This document shows, one piece after another, positions 37,330-49,150 of a stretch of 50,393 nt of DNA. The position numbers and the translations under genes were made by a program. Source of the stretch: Dicyema japonicum (lineage: Eukaryota > Animalia > Dicyemida); NCBI GenBank assembly GCA_011109175.1, contig RDEW01000002.1, positions 633,459 to 683,851 on the forward strand, read 5' to 3'. The notes beneath the pieces were generated by a model. That model did not search any database. It had not been told where the DNA came from and saw only the letters and a program-made list of their open reading frames with translations. Within the stretch, counting starts at the first letter, position 1. The number at the start of each line of letters is the position of its first letter.

Positions 37330-37760
37330 ATCGCCATGCTTGTTTGTTTTTAGGTGGGTCTTCCGAGAGCGATGTCTGCTCAACGCCATTGCTAATTAAG
37401 TTTTTGGGATTTTTCAGGATGATGAATGCGTACGTATTAGGATCTCATTACGAGTCCGATTAAGAATCTGTGTTTAGTATCCATGTCTATGCTGAAACCA
37501 GATTGACTGTTTTGTTTACACCCACTATCATGCAGTAGATTGCGGGCAAATCTTCCAGAAACATGACCTATAACAAAGTCTTTAGACGGGCTTTGGACGC
37601 TACCGACACTATTCTATGCTCGAACCGATCGGCCTTTGCAGACGTGACGGAAAACAAGCCGATTGATGATCATCTCTCCTTTGAAGCCGAGAGGCCTCTT
37701 AGCTGGGACGTCACTTGTGACGACACATATGTCTCTTGCAACCTACATCAGAGTTTCTCT
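37330..37760 (+). mobile_element. CRE-like retrotransposon zinc-finger/REL remnant
   Basis: HPLSC, MLEPIGLCRRDGK and LSWDVTCDDT. Confidence 0.7.
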
Positions 37761-37910
37761 GGAGCATATTCCTCCACTTTTTCAATTACCGAAAATGAAT
37801 ACTTTATATCCAATAAATAACATTTTCAAAATAGTGTTCTTCTTCGCCCCCATCTATATCCGTTTTCCAAATGACTACTTAACGACCTCAGCCTCCTCTG
37901 GACGAAAGGT

Positions 37911-37955
37911 CTAGCTATCTCACTTTCGGGCGATGTTGAACTAAATTCAGGGCCT
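37911..37955 (+). other. Degenerate 2A-like motif LAISLSGDVELNSGP (orphan LINE 5' remnant)
   Basis: One substitution away from D[VI]ExNPGP, preceded by hydrophobic residues. Confidence 0.6.
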
Positions 37956-38199
37956 TAACTAACCAAATCCAAAATGGCTTTATATATTTTAGACTATATA
38001 TGTTACTGTAACTTTATGTAATCAGTCAATTCATGAAATTCATGAAATATCTAGACATTTCACGAATTGACTGAAATTTGATAAGTTAATTACACAAATT
38101 GCCTGATTCAATTTAGACAATTTGTGTAATGACAAATATAGGCTAATTAACACGAAACAAACACATATTACGTTCGAATATAGTCTATTTGTCACGTAT

Positions 38200-38560
38200 T
38201 ACATTAATTTCGTACAATAAATTCTGAAACAATTCTACATTGCAACACTCTGGCGGAATTCAAAACAGCTATACGCGAGTGCAAAAACAAGGATCCCGGA
38301 TTCGATAGCATTCCAAAAATTAAGTTTAAAGAAGAATCTGATGAACTATTATTTGTTCTACAAAAGATGTATAACTCGAGTTTCAGGCTCGGACATGTTC
38401 CTCCATTATGGAAACGTTCTATTGTGAAGATGATCTTCAAACCTAGAAAGTCGAGGAAGGATCCTCTTAGTTATAGGCCAATAAACCTTAAATGTTCTAC
38501 ATCAAAGATTATAGAAAGGATTGTATTTAAGAGATTGAATTTTGGTAGTCAGAATGTGAT
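38200..38560 (+). mobile_element. LINE RT N-terminal remnant
   Basis: WKRSIVKMIFKPRK..DPLSYRPINL..SKIIER. Confidence 0.75.
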
Positions 38561-38579
38561 ACGTTGTTAATGTTTTTGT

Positions 38580-39400
38580 NNNNNNNNNNNNNNNNNNNNN
38601 NNNNNNNNNNNNNNNNNNNNNNNNNNNNNNNNNNNNNNNNNNNNNNNNNNNNNNNNNNNNNNNNNNNNNNNNNNNNNNNNNNNNNNNNNNNNNNNNNNNN
38701 NNNNNNNNNNNNNNNNNNNNNNNNNNNNNNNNNNNNNNNNNNNNNNNNNNNNNNNNNNNNNNNNNNNNNNNNNNNNNNNNNNNNNNNNNNNNNNNNNNNN
38801 NNNNNNNNNNNNNNNNNNNNNNNNNNNNNNNNNNNNNNNNNNNNNNNNNNNNNNNNNNNNNNNNNNNNNNNNNNNNNNNNNNNNNNNNNNNNNNNNNNNN
38901 NNNNNNNNNNNNNNNNNNNNNNNNNNNNNNNNNNNNNNNNNNNNNNNNNNNNNNNNNNNNNNNNNNNNNNNNNNNNNNNNNNNNNNNNNNNNNNNNNNNN
39001 NNNNNNNNNNNNNNNNNNNNNNNNNNNNNNNNNNNNNNNNNNNNNNNNNNNNNNNNNNNNNNNNNNNNNNNNNNNNNNNNNNNNNNNNNNNNNNNNNNNN
39101 NNNNNNNNNNNNNNNNNNNNNNNNNNNNNNNNNNNNNNNNNNNNNNNNNNNNNNNNNNNNNNNNNNNNNNNNNNNNNNNNNNNNNNNNNNNNNNNNNNNN
39201 NNNNNNNNNNNNNNNNNNNNNNNNNNNNNNNNNNNNNNNNNNNNNNNNNNNNNNNNNNNNNNNNNNNNNNNNNNNNNNNNNNNNNNNNNNNNNNNNNNNN
39301 NNNNNNNNNNNNNNNNNNNNNNNNNNNNNNNNNNNNNNNNNNNNNNNNNNNNNNNNNNNNNNNNNNNNNNNNNNNNNNNNNNNNNNNNNNNNNNNNNNNN
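38580..39400. other. Assembly gap (N run)
   Basis: Ns in the sequence. Confidence 1.
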
Positions 39401-40098
39401 AAAATATACGGTAATATTTTAGGATTCTCCATCCAATTAGATCCGTTGAGAGCTTTCGTTATTCTTACAATTTCCTTATTAGATTTCAATGGGAATTCTT
39501 CTCCTGTTAGATTTATTATGTATTTCCAATCAGTCGAACTTTCGTAGAGTAATTCCATGCATTTTATTTCTGCGAGCAATGTAGTGATTGTCCCCCATTT
39601 GACGCCATATGTATTAACGACAATCACATTTGGGAGACAGCTTGTGAAACTTTTAATACTCTGTAGAAATTCTGAACCGGATTTTCTGTCCACGTGGATA
39701 CAATAATGGTTATTTGTTCTATAAATTGTTCTGAGTAGTTGTTCAACTTGTTTCGAGTTTCTGTAAACAATCAACAAGTAGGCCATTGGATTAGCTTGCT
39801 CCTCTTGAGATATTGGATATGAAAAATATCCACTTGATTTTGCGTGTTCATCACAGTTTCTGACCCGAATAATACTCGAACGTGTTTTGTCTGGTTCATC
39901 CTTCAACTTTGAAATCACTTCATGATTCCCTTTCAATAGTAATTGACATGTCTTATAAGTTATAATAAAAGGCCCATTTCTTTTATTCAGTTTGTGAGTC
40001 AAAAATATCAAAATGATAGTTATTAATAAAATCTTTAACTTTTTATATTTATCCAAAGAGATCAAATACGTTAATATTCTTTGTCGAATCCGCATCAT
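39401..40098 (-). CDS. GT14 beta-1,6-GlcNAc transferase-like, 5' part (3' end lies in the gap)
   Basis: Open from the ATG at 40098 to the gap; TM segment plus YCIHVDRKS and INLTGEEFPLK. Confidence 0.85.
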
Positions 40099-40329
40099 TT
40101 TTTATTCATAAATGGAAAATTTTAAATTTTAAATTAAATTACCGTTACATTTGCATTTTTGCATATTAAATTTTATGAAATTATCATAATCGGGCATGCA
40201 TGTAAGACCTTGAGCCGTCATACATGTACAGTACCGGTCAATGAAAATTGCTCATCAATATTTTTATTTTATTTATTTTTTTATTTTAATAACTCCGGGA
40301 ACACCGAGAAAGAAAGACAAAAGACTCAA

Positions 40330-41290
40330 ACAGTTAGGTGATCCCAGTCCCCGCAATCAATTGTGCCATTCAAGGTCTGTGATCTTCCATTGTCCCCACT
40401 ACTTTCCGGAAGAGCCTTCTCTCGGTTTTGCAGAGGAATTCGATCGGGGAGGGGAATTTCCTATCCAATCGGTTTTCTCTTGCCATGGAAATGATCAGAA
40501 CAAGCGGGTTTCCATCTTCCTCACAGACGCGAAAAAATCCGGAACCACGACTACGGGTCTTAGCTTCAATAAATAATGGGTCGACTATTGATCCATTACG
40601 TGGGCAAAGCATACTGATGGTTTTCTGGTGTATTGAGTTGACTCTGTGGACCATAGTCTCCGATAGCGCGAATCTTCATGCAACGGAGGCATACTCAACG
40701 GCTGGCACGATTGTTTGTTGGTAGATGGTAATAACAGAAGAGTCCATATTCCTCGGGGTCCTCGGGATATGGGCGTTTAAAACGTTAATTTTCTGGAGGC
40801 CCCTGGTAATCATGTCTTTTGCGTGGGAGTTAAAATTGAGTTGACTGTTGTACTTGACTCCAAGGACAGTGAGGGACCTTGTCACTGGAATCCGAGTATG
40901 AACAATAAAGATACTCGGTTAATTCTTAGAACCACGGTCCGAAGTGAAAATAGTACAAATAGACTTGGTTGCAGAAATCGTAAGTCGATTCCCAATAATC
41001 CAATCGTGGAGAATGTTCAATTTTGCCTGAGTTTTAAAGGATGCGACTTGCGTCGAACGGTTCCGTATTGCAATAACTACATCGTCTGCGTAGGATAATG
41101 GCAGGGAATCTTCGTCTCCATCATTAGGTAGGTCGTGTAGGAATAAGTTGAATTGAATTGGTGAAAGTGGAGACCCCTGGGGTATCCAGTTCGGTAGTAA
41201 TCATGGTCTTGATCTGAGATCACCACTGACTACTCTTCCACGTCTTCCAGACAAAAAGTTGGCAACCATAATTTCACATTCGGACGAATA
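40330..41290 (-). mobile_element. Ingi/Vingi-like LINE RT and C-terminal remnant
   Basis: PQGSPLSPIQFNLFLHDLP, YADD, LGVKYNSQLNF and YQQTIVPAVEYAS. Confidence 0.8.
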
Positions 41291-41494
41291 TTAGTATTTA
41301 TTTATTTAAGTAGAAATCAATAATTTCATGCTTTTTATTTGAAAATTAATAAATTAAAATCTTTGAGCTCATTTTTAGTCTAATTTATTAATTTTATTTT
41401 TTTTAAATTAAATATTCGCTTTATTTAACGAATTTAAAGCAAAATTACAAATAGCGTAACACAAAAAGTTGCTCACTTTTGTCGTGAATTCTAA

Positions 41495-42560
41495 ATGGAG
41501 GTTATTTGCAGTTCCCGGAAAAAACATTTATCAGATTTCGTAAAAGGGATGATTATTGGCCATTTTAATGAAGGAATAACCATCAGAGAAATTTCCAGCA
41601 TTCTCAATTTATTATTTTCAACTGTTTCGTTTAACATCAGGAAATATCGTAAACTTGGATCAATTTCTCGACAGCCGGGATCAGGAAGTTTGCCGAAATT
41701 AAATTTAATACATGAAGAATTTTTATATACTAAATCCAAAAGTCAACTGACGTTGTTGGCGCCAGAATTATCCGCAATAACTAAGGAAAAATTTAATATT
41801 ACCGATTCCCGAGGGATAATTACCAGAACATTAATTCAAAATGGATTATACTATAGACATGCTAAATGAAAGCCATTCAAAAAAATTTATATCCCAAAAA
41901 AACATTGATTTGAGATGGGCTATTTCAAAAAAATTTATTTCCCTTTCGGATGAGACATGGAAATCGGTTATATTTCCCGATAATCTGTTTTCAATGTTTT
42001 TTCTAACAAAAAACATTGACTTATTTATAGGAAAAAAATACAGCCTTTCAAAATGTCAATTTACATCCCACTGTTGGATTTTCTGCATTCTGTTACGAGT
42101 TATGATTTGAGGGTGGATATCAAATTACGGTGTCAGCAATATTGTTTTTGTAGATCAAAACATGAATAGTGCATGTTATAATAATTTATTAACCAATAAT
42201 CTGCAACAATCTCCAGGAAAAATGGGCCTAAAATCAATTATTTTTCAGCAAGACAACTCTCTATAGCCGGGTGGCATAGTGGTTAGGTCACGGGTTCGAT
42301 CCTCGATGCTGTTCACCTGGTGGATAGTTCCACACATGTCGCATGGTCAAAGAATTTTTTGAAAAAGAAAAATCTCAAATTCTCGATTGGCCGTCACAAT
42401 CACCAGATCTCAACCTCATAGAGCATGCATGGGCCTTCATGAAGAATCAATTGAGTAAAAATCACCCAAAAAAATATATCAGAGCTAAAAATAAAGCTAA
42501 AAGAAATATAGGAATCAATTCTACCAAATTTTTGTAAAAAATTAGTCATGTCAATGAAAG
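41495..42560 (+). mobile_element. Tc1-like transposase pseudogene
   Basis: N-terminal HTH, WKSVIFPD, FQQDN and WPSQSPDLNLIEHAW. Confidence 0.88.
42265..42330 (+). mobile_element. SINE head fragment inserted in Tc1
   Basis: AGCCGGGTGGCATAGTGGTTAGGTCACGGGTTCGATCC matches 16308 with an internal deletion; interrupts QQDN..H. Confidence 0.75.
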
Positions 42561-43039
42561 AAAGGCTTTAATTTTATTAATTTTCATATAAAAATCATGA
42601 AAATATTGATAATAGTATTTGCTTGCGTTTAAATAATCTAAGGACTGTTCTAAGCAATGTCATATCTTTTTTAGTCGAGTCAAAAAAACGTGGACTATTT
42701 ATACTACTTCTACCACCTCATCATTGACATGCGTTGTGTGAAAACATCTTTTCTTTTACTATTTTACATTGCCTGGAGTGAATAGCGGGAAAACGCTTCT
42801 TCAATAATCTGTGTATTAAAAATTGGTAAAAGAAATGTTCCTTGTGAAACGCTAGTAAACTTTTTCACAAAATTCAGATTCTTAATATGCAATAAAATCT
42901 TAGTTCATCCAGCACGTCATTTAACCTCGTGGACTAGGGGAACGAAATAGCCCAACATATTAAATCTTAGCGTTGTTGAAATAACAAACTACAAATTGAA
43001 TATTCTTGCGGCCAGGCAATAGAAAATACTCTCTGGAAC

Positions 43040-43350
43040 GTCTGGAACGAAGCTTCTCGTCTGGAACGTCACCTGCACCGACACATGTACCCCTTTAAAC
43101 TATATCAGAATTCCTCTGCATTCTGTTATGCCGCTGAGAAAGCCAAAAGATCAAAACGGGCAAAGTACACGGTCCTACCCGAGGATTTTTTATTTGTTCC
43201 TTGAGGTTGAAACATTCTGTACTCTTGCGCTTGAAACGCAAATATTCCTGAGTCGTCTAGGGAATTGGATTTCTACGCGAACAGGAGATCCTTGTCATCC
43301 ACAAAAGGAATAGACACTCATTAATGCCAGACGCTGCATTGCTGATAGTT
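43040..43350 (+). mobile_element. CRE-like REL remnant
   Basis: LVWNVTCTDT, FLFVP.EVET and FLSRLGNWISTRTGDP. Confidence 0.6.
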
Positions 43351-44159
43351 CCTTGATTTTATTTTAATAAGTAAATTTAGCTTTAATTCTTTAATAAGGG
43401 TTTTTCTATAAATTGTTTCCGAATATCGGTTTCGTTAATAAATACAAATATTACCTCTTTAGTTCTATAATTTAAGTAAATGAAACTAGTTAGTTAGTTT
43501 GAGCACATTCGCTTATAAATAAACACTGTTTATGGTTTCGCTTGTGCCATGTTTTTCGAATATCATATCCGTTAGCCTTTTCCATCTCTTTCGTTGTCGT
43601 GCTCGTCTTATGATTTCGTCCAGAATGAAACTTCAAAATAAATAGTCAAAATTTCTACATTTATCGGCAAGCGTACAAGGACGAAAGATAAATATCCTTC
43701 AAACAGATTATGTAAGCTTTTCAACTTATGGGCGGGAATATCTGATTCAACAAGAACCTTAGTGGCCTTATCCATCCTAAAGTCGATCAGTGAAATATCG
43801 GTGTCTGTGGAATAGTAATAGTCAAAATTTCTACATTTATCGGCAAGCGTACAAGGACGAAAGATAATATCCTTCAAACAGATTATGTAAGCTTTTCAAC
43901 TTATGGGCGGGAATATCTGATTCAACAAGAACCTTAGTGGCCTTATCCATCCTAAAGTCGATCAATGAAATATCGGTGTCTTTGGAATAGTAATAAAAAT
44001 ATAAACTTAGTTTGAGATGATTCTAAAATGAACGATTCAAAAAAAACTGTTTTCAGCAGTTAAAATTATGCTTTTGACATCAGATCTAATATCGGGTTGA
44101 TAGTAAATTCCTAAGGATATTTTCTAATGGAGACTTAGTTTTTCAAAGACTTCCATGAT

Positions 44160-44320
44160 TATTTATTCACTTTCATTTCGAGCTTCTCCTTCAACCAAAG
44201 TCCTACGCGGATTTCCTTGGAAGCAGCCATAGTACGATGTTGGAGAGAATGGATTCCGTTATCACTCCAACGACCCCTGGAAGTCTCCACGCAATAGGAA
44301 CAAAATGGTAGTTTTCTATA
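44160..44320 (-). mobile_element. CRE-like REL C-terminal remnant
   Basis: YHFVPIA.ETS.GVVG, frameshifted. Confidence 0.45.
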
Positions 44321-44341
44321 ATATTTTGATTAAAATAATTA

Positions 44342-45360
44342 CAGTGCGACCCCGATTTGGGGAAACCCAAGTAGCGGGGAAACCCTTTTTTGGGGAAAAC
44401 CTTGCTTTTGGAGAAATATTTTTGCCATCCCTATAATTTTAAAGAAGTAAACCCCCTTCTAGGAAAAAATTTGATATTATCATAAACGATTCATTAATAT
44501 ATTTCTATAATTTTTGATTTATTATTATTTATTTATTCTAACTTGTTTTACAAAATTTATTATCAATAATTTTGAAATTTATTTAACCTGGTAAGTTTGT
44601 TATTTAACTAATTAACCTGGTAAGGAGTAACTTTAAAAAGAATAACTTTAAAAGCCTGGATGACGAAAGATATTTTTGAAAATTGGTTATCTCAATTTAA
44701 CGAGGAAATGAGGGAGAAAAGAAAAAAATAGCATTATTAATTGACAATACAACTTGTAGTGCTGTTTCTGTCCAAAATTCAAACGTCGACATAATATTTT
44801 TTTCCTAAAAACACAACTAACTTAATTTAGCTATGTGACCAAGAGATAATACAGGCATTTAATTGACAATACAACTTGTAGTGCTGTTTCTGTCCAAAAT
44901 TCAAACGTCGACATAATATTTTTTTCCTAAAAACACAACTATTTTAATTTCACTATGTGACCAAGAGATAATACAGGCATTTAAGAATCATTTCAATAAT
45001 TGGATGATGAAAACGATTATCTATGATAAAAATACTGTAGCTCAAATAGATGAAGCAATAAAGGGAATCACAGTATTGGATGCTATTTCATGTTCGAAAT
45101 TGGCATGGGGCGAGATTACAAAAAATTCAATACGACATTGCTTTGTAATGGCTTTGGAATATGACTGTTGGGAAAAAGAAGACACCGGAGAAAGTCTGAA
45201 TGATTCGGATATTGTGGAAAATACGATTTTGGAGAGCTTCTGGGATGATAATAGTAGTGATGAAGAGGACTGCAGCGAACAATTTCTGGAACATTTGGAT
45301 GATCAACAAGTTATAAACAATGCAGAATGCGCAAAATTTCCCCAATTCGGGGTCGCACTG
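44342..45360 (+). mobile_element. Internally deleted pogo/Tigger element with both TIRs and TA TSD
   Basis: Left end CAGTGCGACCCCGATTTGGG and right end CCCAATTCGGGGTCGCACTG (1 mismatch), TA on both flanks; internal AWMT.DIF..WL, LLIDN and PKNTT. Confidence 0.9.
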
Positions 45361-45787
45361 TATAAACAATCTAAAAAAACATATCAATATTTAACTTTAT
45401 CGACAACAATCCCCTGCTTATTTTGTTGTATAATTTAGAAACCGATTGTTTTGTTCATTGGGAATATGTAGGGTGCTCAAGGGTAGGTTTGGAGATATTC
45501 AGTACATTTATATAAACACGAAAATATTCTGTATTTTGTTGAAATAAGGTTAAATTACATTAAGAAAGTTAAAATAAAAAAATATAAGTGTCAGAAAATA
45601 TGTCTATTTGCATTCATGCATTCGTAATATTCGATGTGAACAAAGCGAATTCTCAATAAATTCTTTCCACAAATTTAATTGAGAATAAATCAAACAAATT
45701 AATATTTTAAGATAATTTTGTTATAAAAATTAATTAATAATTAATATAAAAAGTTGTCAAAAATTAATTTAAAATATAATAGTAAGC

Positions 45788-46949
45788 ATGGTTAATCAAG
45801 ATAATGAAATATGTTTTGAGTTACTCAAGAAAACAAGTCGGAGTTTCACTCTTGTGATACAAAACCTTCCAGAACAACTAAAGCATGCCGTTATGATATT
45901 CTACCTCGTCCTTCGTGCACTCGACACAATAGAAGACGACACGACAATACCAATTGACAAAAGAAAAAGCATAATTACTACATTTTACTCAAAATTAAAT
46001 GACGACACTTTTACTATTGAGGGATTCTCTATTGAGGGAAAGCACGTGCTCTCTAATTTTCCTTCGGTAAAGTTAGAGTTTATGTATAGATATCTCGGGA
46101 ATATTCTAAACTGGAAAATACCTCTCAGGAGATCATAAGTAATGTGTGTCGCCAAATGTCGGAGGGAATGTCAAAATATATGGACAAGGGGGTCGACAGT
46201 CTTGAAGAGTGGGATGATTATTGCTTCTATGTTGCCGGACTGGTCGGTCAGGGGTTGTCGAGTCTTTTTGTTACGATATCAAATGAGTCCGATAAAGTCA
46301 TGGAAAAGCGATATTGGAATTCAATGGGGCTGTTCCTTCAAAAAACAAATATAATCCGTGACTTCGCTGAGGATCTGATAGAAAACAGAGCATTTTGGCC
46401 TAAAGAGGTGTAATCACAAAGTAAATCTCTAAGATATGGGGGAAACACACAGATGAACTAGCCAACCTCCAAAAGTCCATAGAAAGCGGACTTATTGTAT
46501 TAAATAAGCTAATCAGGAATGCCTTGAGTCATCTTCCAGACGTTCTAACATATTTATCATTCATAAAGTGTCCTCGTGTGTTCGCATTCTGTGCTATTCC
46601 ACAGGTTTGCAGTGTCGTTATTTAGATAATGGCAATGGCCACGCTTGAATTATGTTATAACAACCCACGTGTGTTAGTTGAAAATGTGAAGATCCCTCGA
46701 TATGAGACGTATTCGATAGCCAGAGGAGTTTCTGATTATAATACTGCGAGGGCGTTGATGTACAAATATGGGGAGAAAGTTCTTTGCATTCTATATTTTT
46801 AGTTTATTAGTAAAGGGGTTGATGACGATGACTTTGTTTGTTGGGTGAATGACCAATGTAAGCCACCAATTCAATATCGTGTTGGGCTTGCTGACGTTAC
46901 TCCTTTTTATTTATTCGTCATATTTATGATTGGACTTATTTATTGGTAA
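45788..46949 (+). CDS. FDFT1: Squalene synthase (farnesyl-diphosphate farnesyltransferase), 355 aa; exons 45788-46066, 46090-46407, 46434-46604, 46626-46778, 46803-46949
   Basis: TSRSF, FYLVLRALDTIEDD, YCFYVAGLVG, MGLFLQKTNIIRDFAED, FCAIPQ and a C-terminal TM helix. Four GT-AG phase-0 introns (23, 26, 21, 24 nt) give an uninterrupted frame. Confidence 0.97.
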
Positions 46950-47049
46950 TTCTTTGACTTTTACTAATATTATTATATTTTGGCTTTACAATTTTTCATT
47001 ATCAAGATACATTGATACAGAAGCATCCGAAGACTCTGAGACAATAAAT

Positions 47050-47330
47050 TACTACACCGGCCCCTTCTTCCAATAGACAATCAGAATTCTTTCTTCCTTG
47101 GGACGTCCAAGTAAACCCGGTTGTCTACGATGTGGAGACCACCCATATCCACCAACATACGATTTCCTCTGTCCCTTTTGCAACCACCACGTGTTTACAA
47201 CAAATCACGTATTTGAATTTTATGAATTGGAGCAACGTTCGTCTACAATGCCGGGACTGACCAATCTATGAGAGCGTCCAGCATCTGCTGCGTCCTATTT
47301 AATAGCTGCTAGCCTCTTACAAGTTAGTAA
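47050..47330 (+). mobile_element. Vingi/Ingi-like C-terminal zinc-finger remnant
   Basis: LRCGDHP...CPFCNHHVFTTNHVF...NL*ERPASAASYL. Confidence 0.6.
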
Positions 47331-48228
47331 AGCTGGGGTTACTTCACTAACTAAATAACATTGATACATCCGTGGATCTGCTTGATGCATTCACACAACA
47401 AGTAGGCTTGGTAGATTTGTTTATTTAAAACTCGTCGACATATTAAAAAAATAAGTGGCCGTAAAGTGATTCGGGTCTCTTTTCACAGTGTTTGTACTGA
47501 GAAACGACACACTTTTTGTAAGTCGGGACATTTTACTGGATTTCGGAGAAGGGAATCGGGTTCCTCTTTCCTCTCACAAGTTCCTCGAAGGAACATTTTT
47601 GTGCCTCATGTAGCACAGCACACATAATAATGTAATTTTACATCGAATAGATGTATCGACCCCTATAGCTATTGTCAAAGAGCAAATTGGAGATGATGAA
47701 AATCGATGCTTCAGAAATTTTTTCGACTTCCGAGATAAAAATATTTCTAATTGAGTTTGAAACATCTAATATTTTTTCTTTTTTTTCTGAATTCCCGTTG
47801 TTTGACATAAATAATATCCGTAATTTCTTTTACACTCGTAGGTGGAAGTTAATATAATTATGAATTGCAGCACTGATTTTAATTAGAATCTCCTTTCTAA
47901 GAAGTTAGTGGGAAACTTTCTTTGTAGGTCTCAGATCATAGTGAGGGATTGACACCAATTGATAATTGGGGAGTCAAGCTCATTTACACCATTTCTGTAA
48001 TTTTTAATTTTAACGAACTTTATTAACAAAGGAAAGTAAAGAGGGTACTATATTGAGGCTTCATACCACAAGTCCTGCCATAGCTAGGACTCTCCTCTGC
48101 GACCTCAGACCATCTTTGGTTTATTCCGTGCTCCGACATACGAGTCAAGGATAGCATCTCTTTTCAGGAAGTTTGCCATTTTTCTCTATACTCATCAGAC
48201 CGACACTAGTAGAAAATCTTCGTCCTCA

Positions 48229-48433
48229 TCGAGTGACGCCGTCATCAGTGAATACTCACTGCGGAACTGGATTGTCTAGACACTCACACAAGAAAAAGAA
48301 AAAAAGAAGTGAAGATCATTCCTCGGTTCTACGATTAGATAAAATTAACTGTTCTTTACTTAAATAAAGTGTGTGTCCTGCCTATGCGAAGCTATAAATA
48401 CTATGGCTCTCGTGAAAAGCCTTTATTATTATT
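48229..48433 (+). mobile_element. SINE family copy, 5'-truncated, (TTA)n tail
   Basis: Core and 3' end match 2821-3030 and 16420-16590. Confidence 0.8.
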
Positions 48434-48669
48434 AGGGTGTGGTTAAAAAACCACTTTGTTTATTGTGTGATATATATATATTTCAGTTCTTGTTTTTTGT
48501 GTTTTATAAGATGTTGAATAAAATAATTAAAGGAAAGATCCTTGCTATATTGAAGTTAAAATGAACGAAAAAAAATATGGCAAAACATTAAAATATTCCA
48601 CAATCGACAATCGGAAATAATAATAATACATGTGTCGAATCTCGTTTCCAGGAAATCGATCTATTGATG

Positions 48670-49150
48670 CTCTAATCGAGCAAAAGAATATCATCGGCAT
48701 ATATTAACATTTTCGAATTTAGGTGTTCAAACTTCGGAATGTCACACATAGCACAATTGAATAAAAGGGGACTTAAGACAGACCCTTGTGGAACCCCTCT
48801 TTTTAACAAAATTTTCTTCGAAATATGATCTCCAAACTTCGGAATGTCACACATAGCGCAATTGAATAAAAGGGGACTTAAGACAGACCCTTGTGGAACC
48901 CCTCTTTTTAACAAAATTTTCTTCGATATATGATCTCCAACACGTATAAAAGATTCTCTACCAGAAAGAAAATTTTTTATCCACACTAAAGCTTTGCTCC
49001 CAACATTAAAATTTGACAAAGTTTTCAACAACCCAGCATGCCAAACGCTATCAAAAGCCTTTGATATGTCTAGACATACGGCCGTAAGACATTCTCTATT
49101 CTTTTTAGCAACACATATAAAATTTGATAATATTGAGAAATAATCTCCAG
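48670..49150 (-). mobile_element. LINE RT core remnant
   Basis: DISKAFDSVWH, GVPQGSVLSPLLFN (duplicated) and YADD. Confidence 0.88.
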
